Positions 1 through 9,598 of a stretch of DNA of 46,907 nt are shown piece after piece. Position 1 is the stretch's first letter. Every line of letters begins with the position of its first letter. The translations under genes were made by a program, and so were the position numbers. Below the pieces are notes generated by a model. It did not search any database. It worked only from the letters and a program-made list of their open reading frames with translations, and was not told the origin of the DNA. Origin of the DNA: a virus (taxonomy: Duplodnaviria; Heunggongvirae; Uroviricota; Caudoviricetes); the IMG/VR virus record IMGVR_UViG_2651869724_000014; one strand, written 5' to 3'.

Positions 1-507
1 CAGCAGGATCCCCGCGTTATTCGGGATATACGGAAGCAGTTTTTTGGCAATATGTAAGCCCTGGCCGACACAGCCGTACTGCCCTTTGCTCAGGTCTGCC
101 TTCGGATGATTCAGCGTACTCATATCCTGCACATCATGCAGGCAGTGGTCGGCCGGAATAATATCGTTATATCTGCAGGCAGCCCCACCCGGCGTCACTG
201 TACTGCGGCGCGCCAGCTGTTTAATGCGCGGATCCGGAGCATCGTATGAATCCGGCAGCGGAAGCCCTTCACCGTAAGCCATGGCATTGGACTGCCCGGC
301 CAGTACGATGACGTAGTACCAATCCGGCTCAGTTGCACCACTGACCACCACATCACCTTCTGCTGTAATCGCCTGCATCAGGGTATAAGGGGTTATGGCC
401 ACCGGACTACCAAACGGCTGCCAGCCCTCTTTCAGTTTGTGTGTCAGCTTTTCCGCAAGGTCTGACGGCGACGCCGCCCTGACAACATCATAATGTTTAA
501 ATGTCAT
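1..507 (-). CDS. Prophage NanS-p-like sialate O-acetylesterase, 5' part only (runs off window start)
   Basis: Minus-strand ATG at 505-507; translation begins MTFKHYDVVRAASPSDLAEKL and contains LAGQSNA, the GQSN block of SGNH/SASA esterases. Position downstream of Q matches where nanS-p sits in lambdoid phages. Confidence 0.5.
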   Translation of the reverse strand, partial: MTFKHYDVVRAASPSDLAEKLTHKLKEGWQPFGSPVAITPYTLMQAITAEGDVVVSGATEPDWYYVIVLAGQSNAMAYGEGLPLPDSYDAPDPRIKQLARRSTVTPGGAACRYNDIIPADHCLHDVQDMSTLNHPKADLSKGQYGCVGQGLHIAKKLLPYIPNNAGILL

Positions 508-550
508 TATTCCTCCCGGCCGGGATAGTGTATTAAATCAGATATGGAGT

Positions 551-595
551 GGGCTGTAGTCCGGAAGCCTGAATGACACACGGGGACTACAGCCC
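551..595. other. Perfect 12-bp inverted repeat (gggctgtagtcc / ggactacagccc) with 21-nt loop
   Basis: Seen directly in sequence; function unknown. Confidence 0.5.
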
Positions 596-721
596 AAGAA
601 ATGAAGAAGGCCACGCAGTTGCGCAGCCTGATAAACCCTGGTTAAAATCCACACGATAACAACACAACAATATCAGTATCTCATGCTATTGCCCGAACCC
701 ATTCGGGCATTTTTTACCCAT

Positions 722-753
722 AAAAAATGCCCCTCCGGAGAGGGGCATTTTTG
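722..753. terminator. Bidirectional intrinsic terminator-like hairpin
   Basis: atgcccctc-cgga-gaggggcat stem-loop flanked by an A-run upstream and a T-run downstream. Confidence 0.45.
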
Positions 754-1077
754 CATGCACATTCTTTTTCTTGCATGGTGCCGGGTGCCTCCCGGTGAAT
801 TCAGTATCAGCACCTGAATCCGCGATTATCACATATACCTACTTGCTGATTGCCCCTCCGCACAGGGGGATTCACCATGCAGTAGTATTTTTAATAAACA
901 GCAAATAAAAAAATCAAGCATTATGCAGGCTGTTTCTTTTTATCACCGGCTACAGCAATACCACAATGCCGCAGACCAGCACCCCATCCGCCAGCACCGA
1001 CATGATTCTGCTGGTGAAATCCACCATCACCACCAGAAACAGCAGGAGTGCAGCCACAGCCAGGCGCAGTTTTACCG

Positions 1078-1571
1078 TCACAGGTGATTCTCCAGACGAA
1101 GACCCAGAACACCGGCAATCTCTTCCAGCACCTTGCGCTCTTCCGGCTCAATTTCGCCGTCTGCCTCCGCAATGGCCACCGCCACATCCAGCACATCTTC
1201 CGCTTCACGCGTATCGTGTTTCACATCCTCGATCTCACGTAACGCCGCACGACGACCAGTTTTAAAGTTCGTATCCAGCTGACCGATAATGGTTGCGCTA
1301 ATCGCATTAATTTCTGACGTAAACGCGGACAGCGCAGGCTGATTACGCAGTACCTGTTCGATCTTCGCTTTCTAGGAAGCCTCACATTCACCATCTGCAC
1401 AGGCCACCAGGTAGGCAGCATTAATAACCGCCTGTGCCAGATCGCGTTTCTCAAACTTTCCTTTTTCCGGTTAACGTGACACACCAATAACTCTTGTCGA
1501 AAAAGCCAGCAAGCTGAAAGACCGGTATTCACAACCACCAGCGCGTTTACTGTACTGGCGTGATTTCAGTC
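1078..1571 (-). pseudogene. Decayed TerB-domain gene (in-frame stops / frameshifts)
   Basis: Minus-strand translation ends ...AEDVLDVAVAIAEADGEIEPEERKVLEEIAGVLGLRLENHL* with a second ADGE block upstream, a TerB-like signature. The frame is broken by TAG at 1372-1374 and a TAA further upstream; the ATG at 1571 gives only 8 codons. Confidence 0.3.
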
Positions 1572-1572
1572 A
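1548..1572 (-). terminator. Candidate tR'-like terminator downstream of Q
   Basis: Minus-strand RNA CCCGUCGCCAGGCGGG followed by UUUUUUU, about 100 nt after the Q stop. Confidence 0.35.
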
Positions 1573-1677
1573 TAAAAAAACCCGCCTGGCGACGGGTGTA
1601 AAAAATCTTCTAACGTCAGGCATAAAACGCCCATCGTTAGGGCAAATTTACCACAGATTCGGGAAAAATCAACAAAG

Positions 1678-2499
1678 CTATCTGGTCACCTTTTTCAGTT
1701 GTTGTTCTGCCCATGCTTCTTCAATATCAAACTGCACCACCAGCGTATCGTAAAAACGTTTAACTGTTTTTTTCCATGTATCAAGAGATATGGCATCGGT
1801 TACATTACATATGGCATTAAATGCCTCCGTTGAAGGTAATCTTTCATAGCCACGACCACCACAACGCTGGCAGTCTCTGATAACAGGCATACCACGTTTT
1901 ACCGACTCTTCACGATGAATGGCAACACCGCGCCCACGACAATCTTTACAGGCAGTGGATACCTCTCCCTTCCCTCCACACTCCGGACAGGCAACTTTTA
2001 CCACCTCCCTGACTTTTTTCCATTCCTCCCAGTAAGACGGATACACGCCTTTTGTGCACTTTGCCCACACTGGCGGCTTACCATCCGGATACTGGATCTT
2101 GTTTGTAAAAACCTCGCTTTCAATAAATTTTTTTCCGTGACAACAGGGGCACTGTTTTTTGCTCGCCGCGCTACGGGCATAATCTTCAAACGCATACGAA
2201 GCCATAATACGCATCACTGCCGGTTTTATTTCTGCCGGGAGTTTTCTTAACGCCGCCACGCGATCACACCGACTGAGTGCATATTCTGTCAGCAATTCTG
2301 TTGCCCGCTCTCTGTCATTCATACTAATGCCCATTTTCCCAAGGAACGCAGAAAACCCCATCTCAGCCCAATTCTGTGTCATGCCCTGCGCGGCCATCAC
2401 ATCAGTGATACTCAGCGTATCTTTCGACGTTGAGGCCGATGCATCAGTCAGGCCGAGGGATTTTGGGGAGTAGTATTTCGGTAAATCTTCCAGTTTCAT
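1678..2499 (-). CDS. Putative late antiterminator Q (QuuQ/YdfT-like, CxxC zinc-finger rich)
   Basis: 273-aa ORF with several CxxC pairs (CPCCHG, CPECGG, CKDCRG, CQRCGG), directly downstream of rusA and ydfU-like genes as in Qin/DLP12. Confidence 0.5.
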   Translation of the reverse strand: MKLEDLPKYYSPKSLGLTDASASTSKDTLSITDVMAAQGMTQNWAEMGFSAFLGKMGISMNDRERATELLTEYALSRCDRVAALRKLPAEIKPAVMRIMASYAFEDYARSAASKKQCPCCHGKKFIESEVFTNKIQYPDGKPPVWAKCTKGVYPSYWEEWKKVREVVKVACPECGGKGEVSTACKDCRGRGVAIHREESVKRGMPVIRDCQRCGGRGYERLPSTEAFNAICNVTDAISLDTWKKTVKRFYDTLVVQFDIEEAWAEQQLKKVTR

Positions 2500-2870
2500 T
2501 TTTTGACCTGCCCTTCAAGCATTATGGGGTAAATCTTCACCCCCAGACGTCCACCAGATACTGGCTGACCACGAACGATATTGATTTCATCAAACTGCTC
2601 ATCGTCCATTAACACTCCCGCATGCGTCAGCGCATCCAGCGGTGCTTTCAGGATATTGTCCAGGTCGCGACGACGCTTATCCGGTGGCTCTGCAATCACC
2701 TTTATCGCCAGCCTTCCGGACAGGATTAATTTCAGCCGCTGCTGGCGAACAATAAGCGCCACAGCCCGGCGATAACGCTTTCCCTCCTCCGAGATAAAAT
2801 ATGTGCTGCCACGACGTCGCCAGTAGGTGTTCACCGTTGGCGGGTAAGGTAAAACCAAATCTATGAGCAT
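2496..2870 (-). CDS. rusA: Holliday junction resolvase RusA
   Basis: 124 aa; LPYPPTVNTYWRRRG and DKRRRDLDNILKAPLDALTHAGVLMDDEQF match the RusA family; 4-bp overlap with Q. Confidence 0.8.
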   Translation of the reverse strand: MLIDLVLPYPPTVNTYWRRRGSTYFISEEGKRYRRAVALIVRQQRLKLILSGRLAIKVIAEPPDKRRRDLDNILKAPLDALTHAGVLMDDEQFDEINIVRGQPVSGGRLGVKIYPIMLEGQVKK

Positions 2871-2882
2871 CAGTCACCTCTT

Positions 2883-3932
2883 TTACCCAAGCACGCCAGT
2901 TGCAAAGGCGTGATCAAGAAAACGAAAAATTAAATCAACCTGAGAGCCATGCTTTTCTTCGAACGCCAGCGGATCCGCATGAAGCTCGTTGTGATGCTCC
3001 CGACACAGCGGTAGCGTGAAAATATCGTGAGATTTTGTCCCCATTCCGCCCTGACCATGACCAATCAGGTGATGGGGATCGTCGGCTGGCTTACCACAAC
3101 ACGCACACGGCTGAGTCTTCACCCAGCGTGTGTATTTCTCGTTAACCCAGCGGCGACGTTTAGGTCGTTTCATGAAAGATTCCGGAGGCTCAGGATCAAC
3201 GGCAATGCTGACCACCGTCTTTTCCTGTGGTGGGTTCTGTTGCTGGTGGGCGTGAGGCAGCGGCGCAAGATTTTTTGTGCGCTGCTTCAGTATGCTGGTG
3301 GCGGTCTGCTCTCCCGGTACGATGTCGCTTTCACGGTACATTGAGCGGATTTTTTCCGCACGCAACCCCAGCGAACGACGTAATACCGCTTCCGGTAGCG
3401 CGTCCGCCACCTGATTGCGGACCGCCCACCAGGATAATTCAGCCAGAGATAATTCACGCTCCTGCGTACCGCTTATTGCGTGACCGATGACGTCAATCAT
3501 CCATGCTGACAGGTTTTGATGAGCAAGTTGCTCGAGTGATTCGGATGTCTGGTCACGCAGCTGGTTGTCGCAGTGCCAGCACAACACCATTGCGCCGGTA
3601 CCATAACGGTGAATGACGGTTTCGCTGTGATGATAATCGCCGTGTGGCCACTGGCAGGATTTAATATGGCGCAACAGCCAGTCAGACAATGCACCAGCAC
3701 CACCAGCAGCACGAATCACCCGTGCGTTACTGAAAAACGGCAGCAATGTTTTGTCTTCCACCAGCGGCTGGCGAACGGCAGGAACGACCCCGGACGGCAG
3801 ATTACGCATGCTTTTCGGTTCCGGCTCCACCAATACCCGGGTATTGTGGAATACCGGCATGGATTCACGGCCCGGCTTAACGATCACCAGCCCGAGTTCC
3901 GGTACCAGAACAGGTCGAAGTAATACCCGCAC
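2883..3932 (-). CDS. YdfU-like prophage protein (DUF968-type, Cys/His-rich C-terminus)
   Basis: 349 aa, the same length as Qin YdfU; C-terminal CACCGKPADDPHHLIGHGQGGMGTKSHD...CREHHNELH. Confidence 0.5.
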   Translation of the reverse strand: MRVLLRPVLVPELGLVIVKPGRESMPVFHNTRVLVEPEPKSMRNLPSGVVPAVRQPLVEDKTLLPFFSNARVIRAAGGAGALSDWLLRHIKSCQWPHGDYHHSETVIHRYGTGAMVLCWHCDNQLRDQTSESLEQLAHQNLSAWMIDVIGHAISGTQERELSLAELSWWAVRNQVADALPEAVLRRSLGLRAEKIRSMYRESDIVPGEQTATSILKQRTKNLAPLPHAHQQQNPPQEKTVVSIAVDPEPPESFMKRPKRRRWVNEKYTRWVKTQPCACCGKPADDPHHLIGHGQGGMGTKSHDIFTLPLCREHHNELHADPLAFEEKHGSQVDLIFRFLDHAFATGVLG

Positions 3933-3933
3933 G

Positions 3934-4212
3934 TTACCTCCAGATGCGTTGCTGGAATGTGCGGGACGGACGCGGTGGGCGTTCAGAGTAAGGAAGCCTG
4001 ACGGAGATTATCCAGTGACGATAATCGAGGCTGAGGGCTTTCTTAATCTCGTATCCGTGTCTGCGGTAGCACTGAATTAGCCACTCGGCCTGTTCTTCAG
4101 TGCATGGGTCATGCTGGAACCAGTCAGATTTGAAAGTGCGGGAACGCCGCCCGTGCCTGCTGGCAAAGACGGCAAAATCATCAGAATTGTGTAATTTGGT
4201 ATCGTGCGCCAT
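3934..4212 (-). CDS. Hypothetical prophage protein (nin-region)
   Basis: ORF packed against ydfU-like gene; internal Met at 4210-4212 chosen as start; no recognisable motif. Confidence 0.3.
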   Translation of the reverse strand: MAHDTKLHNSDDFAVFASRHGRRSRTFKSDWFQHDPCTEEQAEWLIQCYRRHGYEIKKALSLDYRHWIISVRLPYSERPPRPSRTFQQRIWR

Positions 4213-4283
4213 CGGTTGTCTCTGCTGGCGCAGCAGGTGCCAGTTGTTCAGGCTGGCGTGCGAATTGTAAACCAGAATGCCAG

Positions 4284-4310
4284 GAAAAAACAAAACCCGC
4301 CGAAGCGGGT
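4284..4310 (-). terminator. Intrinsic terminator-like hairpin
   Basis: acccgc-cgaa-gcgggt stem with an A-run on the plus strand (T-run on minus). Confidence 0.35.
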
Positions 4311-4508
4311 ATGCTAAAACAAACTGAAAGTAATATACCGGACTTGTAAAGGAACGATAGAAGAATTATTGGATTAAACCCTGACTCAATCCAGATTTCA
4401 TAGGCAACAACTACGGACTAATCATCACAGTCATGTTTGATAGGCTTAGTCCACATTGGGTGAGGGTTTACGGCGTTTTCACTAATAATTTATCGTCCAA
4501 GCTATACA

Positions 4509-4901
4509 CTACTGCCCTGTTTTAACGAAGTTTTTAAAGGAAACAACTGCCTGATAGGGGTTTGGTTGACAGCCAAACATATTATCGCAAAAAGGCTTGA
4601 TGAAAATTCTTGAGGATCCATCTTCATTTGGCATTTTACTCACTTGATAAGCGAGGAATGGACTATTTGGAGAGGGATTATAAGTGGAAATTAGCGTGTC
4701 TGTCGCCGTTTGAATTTTCCATGAGGAATTATTAGCCAACCAGAATTGCGCTCGTTTCCAATAAAAGTCACATTGCTTTTCATCATTACATGTTAGTGGC
4801 TTCATTGCTTCTGCTTTCAACGCTGGATCGACCTTTGCTGCACACCCTCCCAACATTACTGTTGCAATCATTACACCTGCGACTAAAACAAGTTTCTTCA
4901 T
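4509..4901 (-). CDS. Putative lipoprotein (prophage moron)
   Basis: N-terminus MKKLVLVAGVMIATVMLGGC is a lipobox signal peptide; lower GC than flanking phage genes. Confidence 0.5.
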   Translation of the reverse strand: MKKLVLVAGVMIATVMLGGCAAKVDPALKAEAMKPLTCNDEKQCDFYWKRAQFWLANNSSWKIQTATDTLISTYNPSPNSPFLAYQVSKMPNEDGSSRIFIKPFCDNMFGCQPNPYQAVVSFKNFVKTGQ

Positions 4902-5044
4902 CTCCCTGCCCCATCAATAAAAGTTCGGTTCTCTAATAACTAGAGTTAATCAACGGAAAAAACGCCGAAGCGGGTTAAGTGCGGGTGCGTTGAGGATGCC
5001 TGACACATCAGAGGTGGCGAGGGATTTCTCCCCCGCCAGGTCTC

Positions 5045-5200
5045 TTACTCCTCAGGTTCGTAAGCTGTGAAGACAGCGACCTCCGTCTGGCCGGTTCGGA
5101 TTCGTACCTCGCAGAGGTCTTTCCTCGTTACCAGTGCCGTCACAATGACGGTTAAACAGATGACGATCAGGGCGATTAACATCGCCTTTTGCTGCTTCAT
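5045..5200 (-). CDS. hokD: Hok/Gef family type I toxin HokD (RelF)
   Basis: 51-aa translation MKQQKAMLIALIVICLTVIVTALVTRKDLCEVRIRTGQTEVAVFTAYEPEE matches HokD as recalled; ATG at 5198-5200. Confidence 0.8.
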   Translation of the reverse strand: MKQQKAMLIALIVICLTVIVTALVTRKDLCEVRIRTGQTEVAVFTAYEPEE

Positions 5201-5994
5201 AGCCTGCTTCTCCTTGCCTTTCGGCACGTAAGAGGCTAACCTAGATTTGCCGTTCATAGATTGAGCCTCAGATTAATGTTAAGCGTCTTGCAGGACGCGT
5301 AATGTTAACTGGGGCTTTTCTCTATCTGCCTTTGGTGTTCATGCCTGAGACAGATAGCCTCAAGCACCCGCAGCCATTCTACTTAACTCCCGTTACCTCG
5401 CCAATATGAAATCAGTCAGAAAGGCGATCCATAAGAACAACAGCAAGGCAATAAATTGCCATTAAGGCAGCAATAGCCAGCGCACATTTGAGAACCAGCA
5501 CCACAACCTCCTGTATTGGACGTACATCAGTCCTGATAAATATGAGGCTGTCTCGTCAGTGATTCAATACAACTATTGGGTATAGTTTCTGTGATTTTGT
5601 TCTGTAGAAATGGAACACAATAACCAGTCACCACCAGCACTTCTTTAAATACGCCAAGTCCGACGCAAGCTAACCTTCTAGCCCACTTTGAGCGAGAAGC
5701 AGACATTTACTTAACTGGATAGCAAGAGACTTCATATATCATGGTTGATCCCGGAGTTTTCAATAATGGAAAGACATTGCCCGTATGATCGGGCCGTAAC
5801 CACATTAGAAGCAGGTGCCCTTTGTGAATTTTGATTGTGTCAACCTATCTGTTTTGAATTTTTTATAAAAAATATTCGCAAATTTGTGAATTATGAGAGA
5901 CAAACGAGCATGGACAACCAATGTTACTTTCATACACAATGAAGCAACATGATAAAAGTACACTGACTTTAGCAAGTAAATTTAGGAGATTGCG

Positions 5995-7329
5995 ATGTTT
6001 AGCTTAATCATGGCCGGAGAACCGGACGTTTTTGACCGCTGGCCGTGTATGGACCCAGGGCTTACAGAAGGCGAGGAAAGATTCTCGATGTCCCGCATGC
6101 TGGAAGGCACCCCAAGCGATATTTACAGTAAATTAACACCAATAAGACCCGATACCTTAAGAGAACTCGCCAAGCTACCAGTATTGTTCATGACCGAAAC
6201 TTATACAAAAGATGATGAATATGATACAAACAAGTACATCAGGATCAGACTTGGGGAAATAAGAAATTTACGTAAAGATGGTGGCGATATTTTATTTTCT
6301 TTCAAGATTAATCATAATTTTGGAGAAATAACGAATCCCCAAACGACATTATATAAAGAAACCCTAGGGCTAGGATCTTTCGGGTTAAGCCGTACACATT
6401 GGGCAGTAAAAAATAAGGATTTAAATATTGTTCTGGAATCACTTGGTTTAAACAAACAAAATAGTCACCTCAAAGGTACAATCAAATTAAAAAAACAAAC
6501 ATACCCAGTAGTCGAGAATATTATAGATTATCTTAATTTCATAAAGAAAAACTTTCGTGATGGTCTCATTACCTTTTATCGTGGACACTCTAAAAGCTCA
6601 TATGAGCTTGTCCCCTCTCTTTACAGAAAAAATCAAAACGGGACGTACAGGCATCTTGCTTCAGAATCTGATTTAGTACGTGAAATACTCAGCGCAAGAC
6701 CAAATGAATTTAAGGAGGATAAATTTACGATTGATAAACTTGTCCGCATGCAGCATTATGGCTTGCCTACAAGACTCTTAGACATTACATCTAACCCACT
6801 GATAGCATTATATTTTGCTTGCTGTTCGAACCCCAATGAAAACGGACAGGTGATTTCGTTTTCAACAAATAGAAAGAAAATTAAATATTTCGACTCAGAT
6901 ACAGTGAGCTGTATAGCAAACTTATCACTTTTATCTTACGAAGAGTTGGAAAAATTGTCCTCCTCTGATTCCAGAAAAGGTAATATGGAGTTATCTGAAC
7001 TCACTGATAAACTTGCAGACCTTATACAGAATGAAAAATCATATTTTAGAAACAGAATAATTCCTGATGACTTAAGGAAAGTTGTTTTCCTTAAGGCTAA
7101 AATAAATAATGAACGCATACAATCTCAGGCAGGAGCTTTTCTTCTGTTCGGACTTGATCCCATTTTACCGGAAACAGATGCTGAGTTTCCTCTTAACAGA
7201 GTGGAGATAGCGAACAAAAATAAAATTCTGGAAGAGCTGGCGCAGCTTAATATATCCGAAAGCACTGTATATCCCAGCATGGAGAAAACGGCAGCAGAAA
7301 TTAAAAAAAAGTTTTTATCGGTATCATAA
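5995..7329 (+). CDS. FRG-domain protein, candidate prophage-encoded defence/abortive-infection moron
   Basis: 444 aa with FYRGHSKSSYELVPSLYR and MQHYGLPTRLLDITSNPLIALYFAC, the FRG-domain core; opposite strand to surrounding phage genes and AT-rich. Confidence 0.55.
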   Translation: MFSLIMAGEPDVFDRWPCMDPGLTEGEERFSMSRMLEGTPSDIYSKLTPIRPDTLRELAKLPVLFMTETYTKDDEYDTNKYIRIRLGEIRNLRKDGGDILFSFKINHNFGEITNPQTTLYKETLGLGSFGLSRTHWAVKNKDLNIVLESLGLNKQNSHLKGTIKLKKQTYPVVENIIDYLNFIKKNFRDGLITFYRGHSKSSYELVPSLYRKNQNGTYRHLASESDLVREILSARPNEFKEDKFTIDKLVRMQHYGLPTRLLDITSNPLIALYFACCSNPNENGQVISFSTNRKKIKYFDSDTVSCIANLSLLSYEELEKLSSSDSRKGNMELSELTDKLADLIQNEKSYFRNRIIPDDLRKVVFLKAKINNERIQSQAGAFLLFGLDPILPETDAEFPLNRVEIANKNKILEELAQLNISESTVYPSMEKTAAEIKKKFLSVS

Positions 7330-7567
7330 AGGGATAAACTAAAGGCAACGAAAACTAAGACTGCGCAGTCTTCAGATGGAAGTGCTCATTGGGAACGGTT
7401 TCAGGGGCAAAAACTGGAAGTTCCAGTGGGCCTTGAGCTGCTCCCTATAAATTAACATATCTCAATGTTATCAATGTCTGCTTTTGGCACAAAGCGGACA
7501 ACCACGCTAGCTCTACCCTGTGCCACAAAATGTCAATTTACATCTGAACTAATGCACTTTAATCTCG

Positions 7568-7990
7568 TCACTTCAAAAAATACCGAACATCCCCCTGATA
7601 AAACGACAATATCCGCTGCATAACTTCGCTTTTACGACACTCAGTACAAATTATATTATGACGCCTGTCGTAACGACGTATTTCTCCATCAGGTAATGAC
7701 CAGATAAGGTCCGGATCAACCGCAGATGGTTTCTTCAGCTTTGCCCTTGAGAGCTTTTTACGGGCATTTTGCCAGTCCTTACGCGCCTGTTCAGACGGGA
7801 ATAACCCGTAACCAGAGTTGTATACATCGCCGCTGGCAACCAGCTCTCTTGCGAGAACGCTCATCAGATATCTTGTCGCACCTGTCTTGACTTCCAGTTG
7901 CCGTAACGTCTCACGCCCACTCTGGCGTACGAGTTCAACAACCTGCCCTTTAATTTTTTCTCGCTCTTCTTGTGTAAAAACTTTTGCCAC
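7568..7990 (-). CDS. Hypothetical prophage protein (replication region)
   Basis: 140-aa ORF directly downstream of O-like gene; no recognisable motif. Confidence 0.35.
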   Translation of the reverse strand: MAKVFTQEEREKIKGQVVELVRQSGRETLRQLEVKTGATRYLMSVLARELVASGDVYNSGYGLFPSEQARKDWQNARKKLSRAKLKKPSAVDPDLIWSLPDGEIRRYDRRHNIICTECRKSEVMQRILSFYQGDVRYFLK

Positions 7991-8030
7991 AAGTCCTCCT
8001 GAAAATTACCTCATGACCAGAAATCAACAC

Positions 8031-9107
8031 TTACCCCCTGAAGCCCGGTGGAATTTCGGTATCTGGTTCAGAAATGTGATTCACGCAACGCTGGTTATTC
8101 GTACCGCTTACCGGGAGCAACCAGGGGTTTTCAAAATTCCGGTCCGGTCCAAAAAACGTCGTCGCTCGCTGAACAAATTCCGTTCCCGCTTTCCCGGTAG
8201 CCGCCAGATATCTTGCGTAACGCCTCACGCCATCCAGCATGGCCTCTGGTGGCACCCCCTCGCGTAATCTGGCCTTCCAGGCACTGAAAGCGGATTTCTT
8301 CGGGTTTGCCCCAGCACGCAACGGGTACTCCCGCCAGACCTGTTCGAACACATCCGGATAATCCACTCGTCCCACAGACTGCCCGGTGTTTTCCGGAACT
8401 ACCCGATCGGCTTCCCGCTGAATGGCGGAATCGGCTTCAGGCTGCTGCAGTTGGTGTGATTGCTCCGGCCTTGCGGTCATCACCTGCTGCACAGCGCCCG
8501 AATCGGCTTTCAGCGCATACGCTGAATCGGCTTCCGGTGTCGTGCCTGCTGGCTGACCAGGATTGACGGCCTGAACATCCCCTGCCTGGTTCGTGGCGTT
8601 TTTTACGCCATGGACCATAGTATTTTGATCTTCTTGATCTGTATCTTTATCTGTATCTTTATCTGTCGTGACTCGTCGTGACATGTGCGTGACATTTCGT
8701 GACGCGCCGTGACAATCGCCATTTTGTTCCCGCTTTCTTTCCCTCTCTCGCTGCGCCCTCTTGCGCTCTGCAGGAGATTTTGCGGTTTGCGATATATTGC
8801 CGTTGTCCTCTTTAAGCACTTGGCGTTTTTCCCATCCAGTGATTAAATCACCATCAAGTACCCGCCCCTGCATCGTCTGCAAAATTGAATCAATTACCTC
8901 TTCTGTTACGTCGAGCGCACTTGCCAAATCTTCTGTCGTGACATCAATGTGACCTCGCGTGACATTTCGTGACGCGCTCACCAGGAGGTGGATATACACT
9001 GCCATCACTGTTGCAATTGGCTGCCCTGACACCCTGGCAATTGTTCGCCACTTAGGGTCATTTGGCATGTCATGCCATAATCTGAGCCAGGCGTTAGCCA
9101 TACTCAC
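8031..9107 (-). CDS. Phage replication initiator / replisome organiser (O-like)
   Basis: N-terminus MANAWLRLWHDMPNDPKWRTIARVSG...VYIHLLVSASRN resembles the replisome-organiser N-domain; follows cro/cII-like genes; contains internal iteron arrays. Confidence 0.5.
   Translation of the reverse strand: MSMANAWLRLWHDMPNDPKWRTIARVSGQPIATVMAVYIHLLVSASRNVTRGHIDVTTEDLASALDVTEEVIDSILQTMQGRVLDGDLITGWEKRQVLKEDNGNISQTAKSPAERKRAQRERERKREQNGDCHGASRNVTHMSRRVTTDKDTDKDTDQEDQNTMVHGVKNATNQAGDVQAVNPGQPAGTTPEADSAYALKADSGAVQQVMTARPEQSHQLQQPEADSAIQREADRVVPENTGQSVGRVDYPDVFEQVWREYPLRAGANPKKSAFSAWKARLREGVPPEAMLDGVRRYARYLAATGKAGTEFVQRATTFFGPDRNFENPWLLPVSGTNNQRCVNHISEPDTEIPPGFRG
8625..8975. repeat. Candidate prophage origin: helically phased CGTGAC iterons inside the O-like gene
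   Basis: CGTGAC at 8667, 8677, 8688, 8698, 8708 (10-11 bp spacing), a tandem repeat atctgtatcttt x2 at 8641-8666, and a second CGTGAC cluster at 8937-8972. Confidence 0.4.
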
Positions 9108-9172
9108 CTCTTCTGATACCGAATCTTTTTACTCACGAGTTGCCGGAAGCGATTCGATATGGCTATTGTCAG

Positions 9173-9598
9173 TCAATGTACTGCCACAGCATTTCCTGCC
9201 GGGCCACCACGGTTCATCTGATTGAAACCGGCGATTGCCACTGCGACAAAATCATCAGCGTCTCTCACCAATCGCTCCCGCGTCTCCACCAGCTCCCGAA
9301 AATAAGCTGAACTGTGGCTGCGCATTCTGGCCACCAGCAAAGGTGGCATTGCCTTTTCGATCGCTGGTAACAACGCCTGAATTTTTTCAACTGCATCAGG
9401 GGTGTCTTTCTCTACCCAGCGGAAAATTTTCTGGGTATTGCGAGCCAAGGCTTCCGGATGGCTGTCGTCATACAGTTCAGGAAACGTCATACCCAACTCA
9501 AAATAAGCCTGGGTTATTCCAGCTGCTGGAACTTTTTCGCCATCAGGACGCGCCCAGGCATTCATCGCCATGCGGATGTGTTCATGCTTGATTTTCAT
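9173..9598 (-). CDS. cII/YdaT-like early regulatory protein
   Basis: 141-aa ORF directly downstream of and overlapping the cro-like gene; size matches Rac YdaT; assignment by position. Confidence 0.3.
   Translation of the reverse strand: MKIKHEHIRMAMNAWARPDGEKVPAAGITQAYFELGMTFPELYDDSHPEALARNTQKIFRWVEKDTPDAVEKIQALLPAIEKAMPPLLVARMRSHSSAYFRELVETRERLVRDADDFVAVAIAGFNQMNRGGPAGNAVAVH

Noticed and set aside
966-1265. Plus-strand ORFs of 99 and 64 aa overlapping the TerB-like region
   Set aside because: They are antisense to the TerB-like reading frame and show no protein-like features.
510-1677. Shiga toxin genes stxA/stxB between Q and nanS-p
   Set aside because: No intact ORF of suitable size is present in this interval; only a decayed TerB-like frame and hairpins.
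5258-5994. relB/relE upstream of hokD
   Set aside because: No ORFs of suitable size or sequence are present in the interval.
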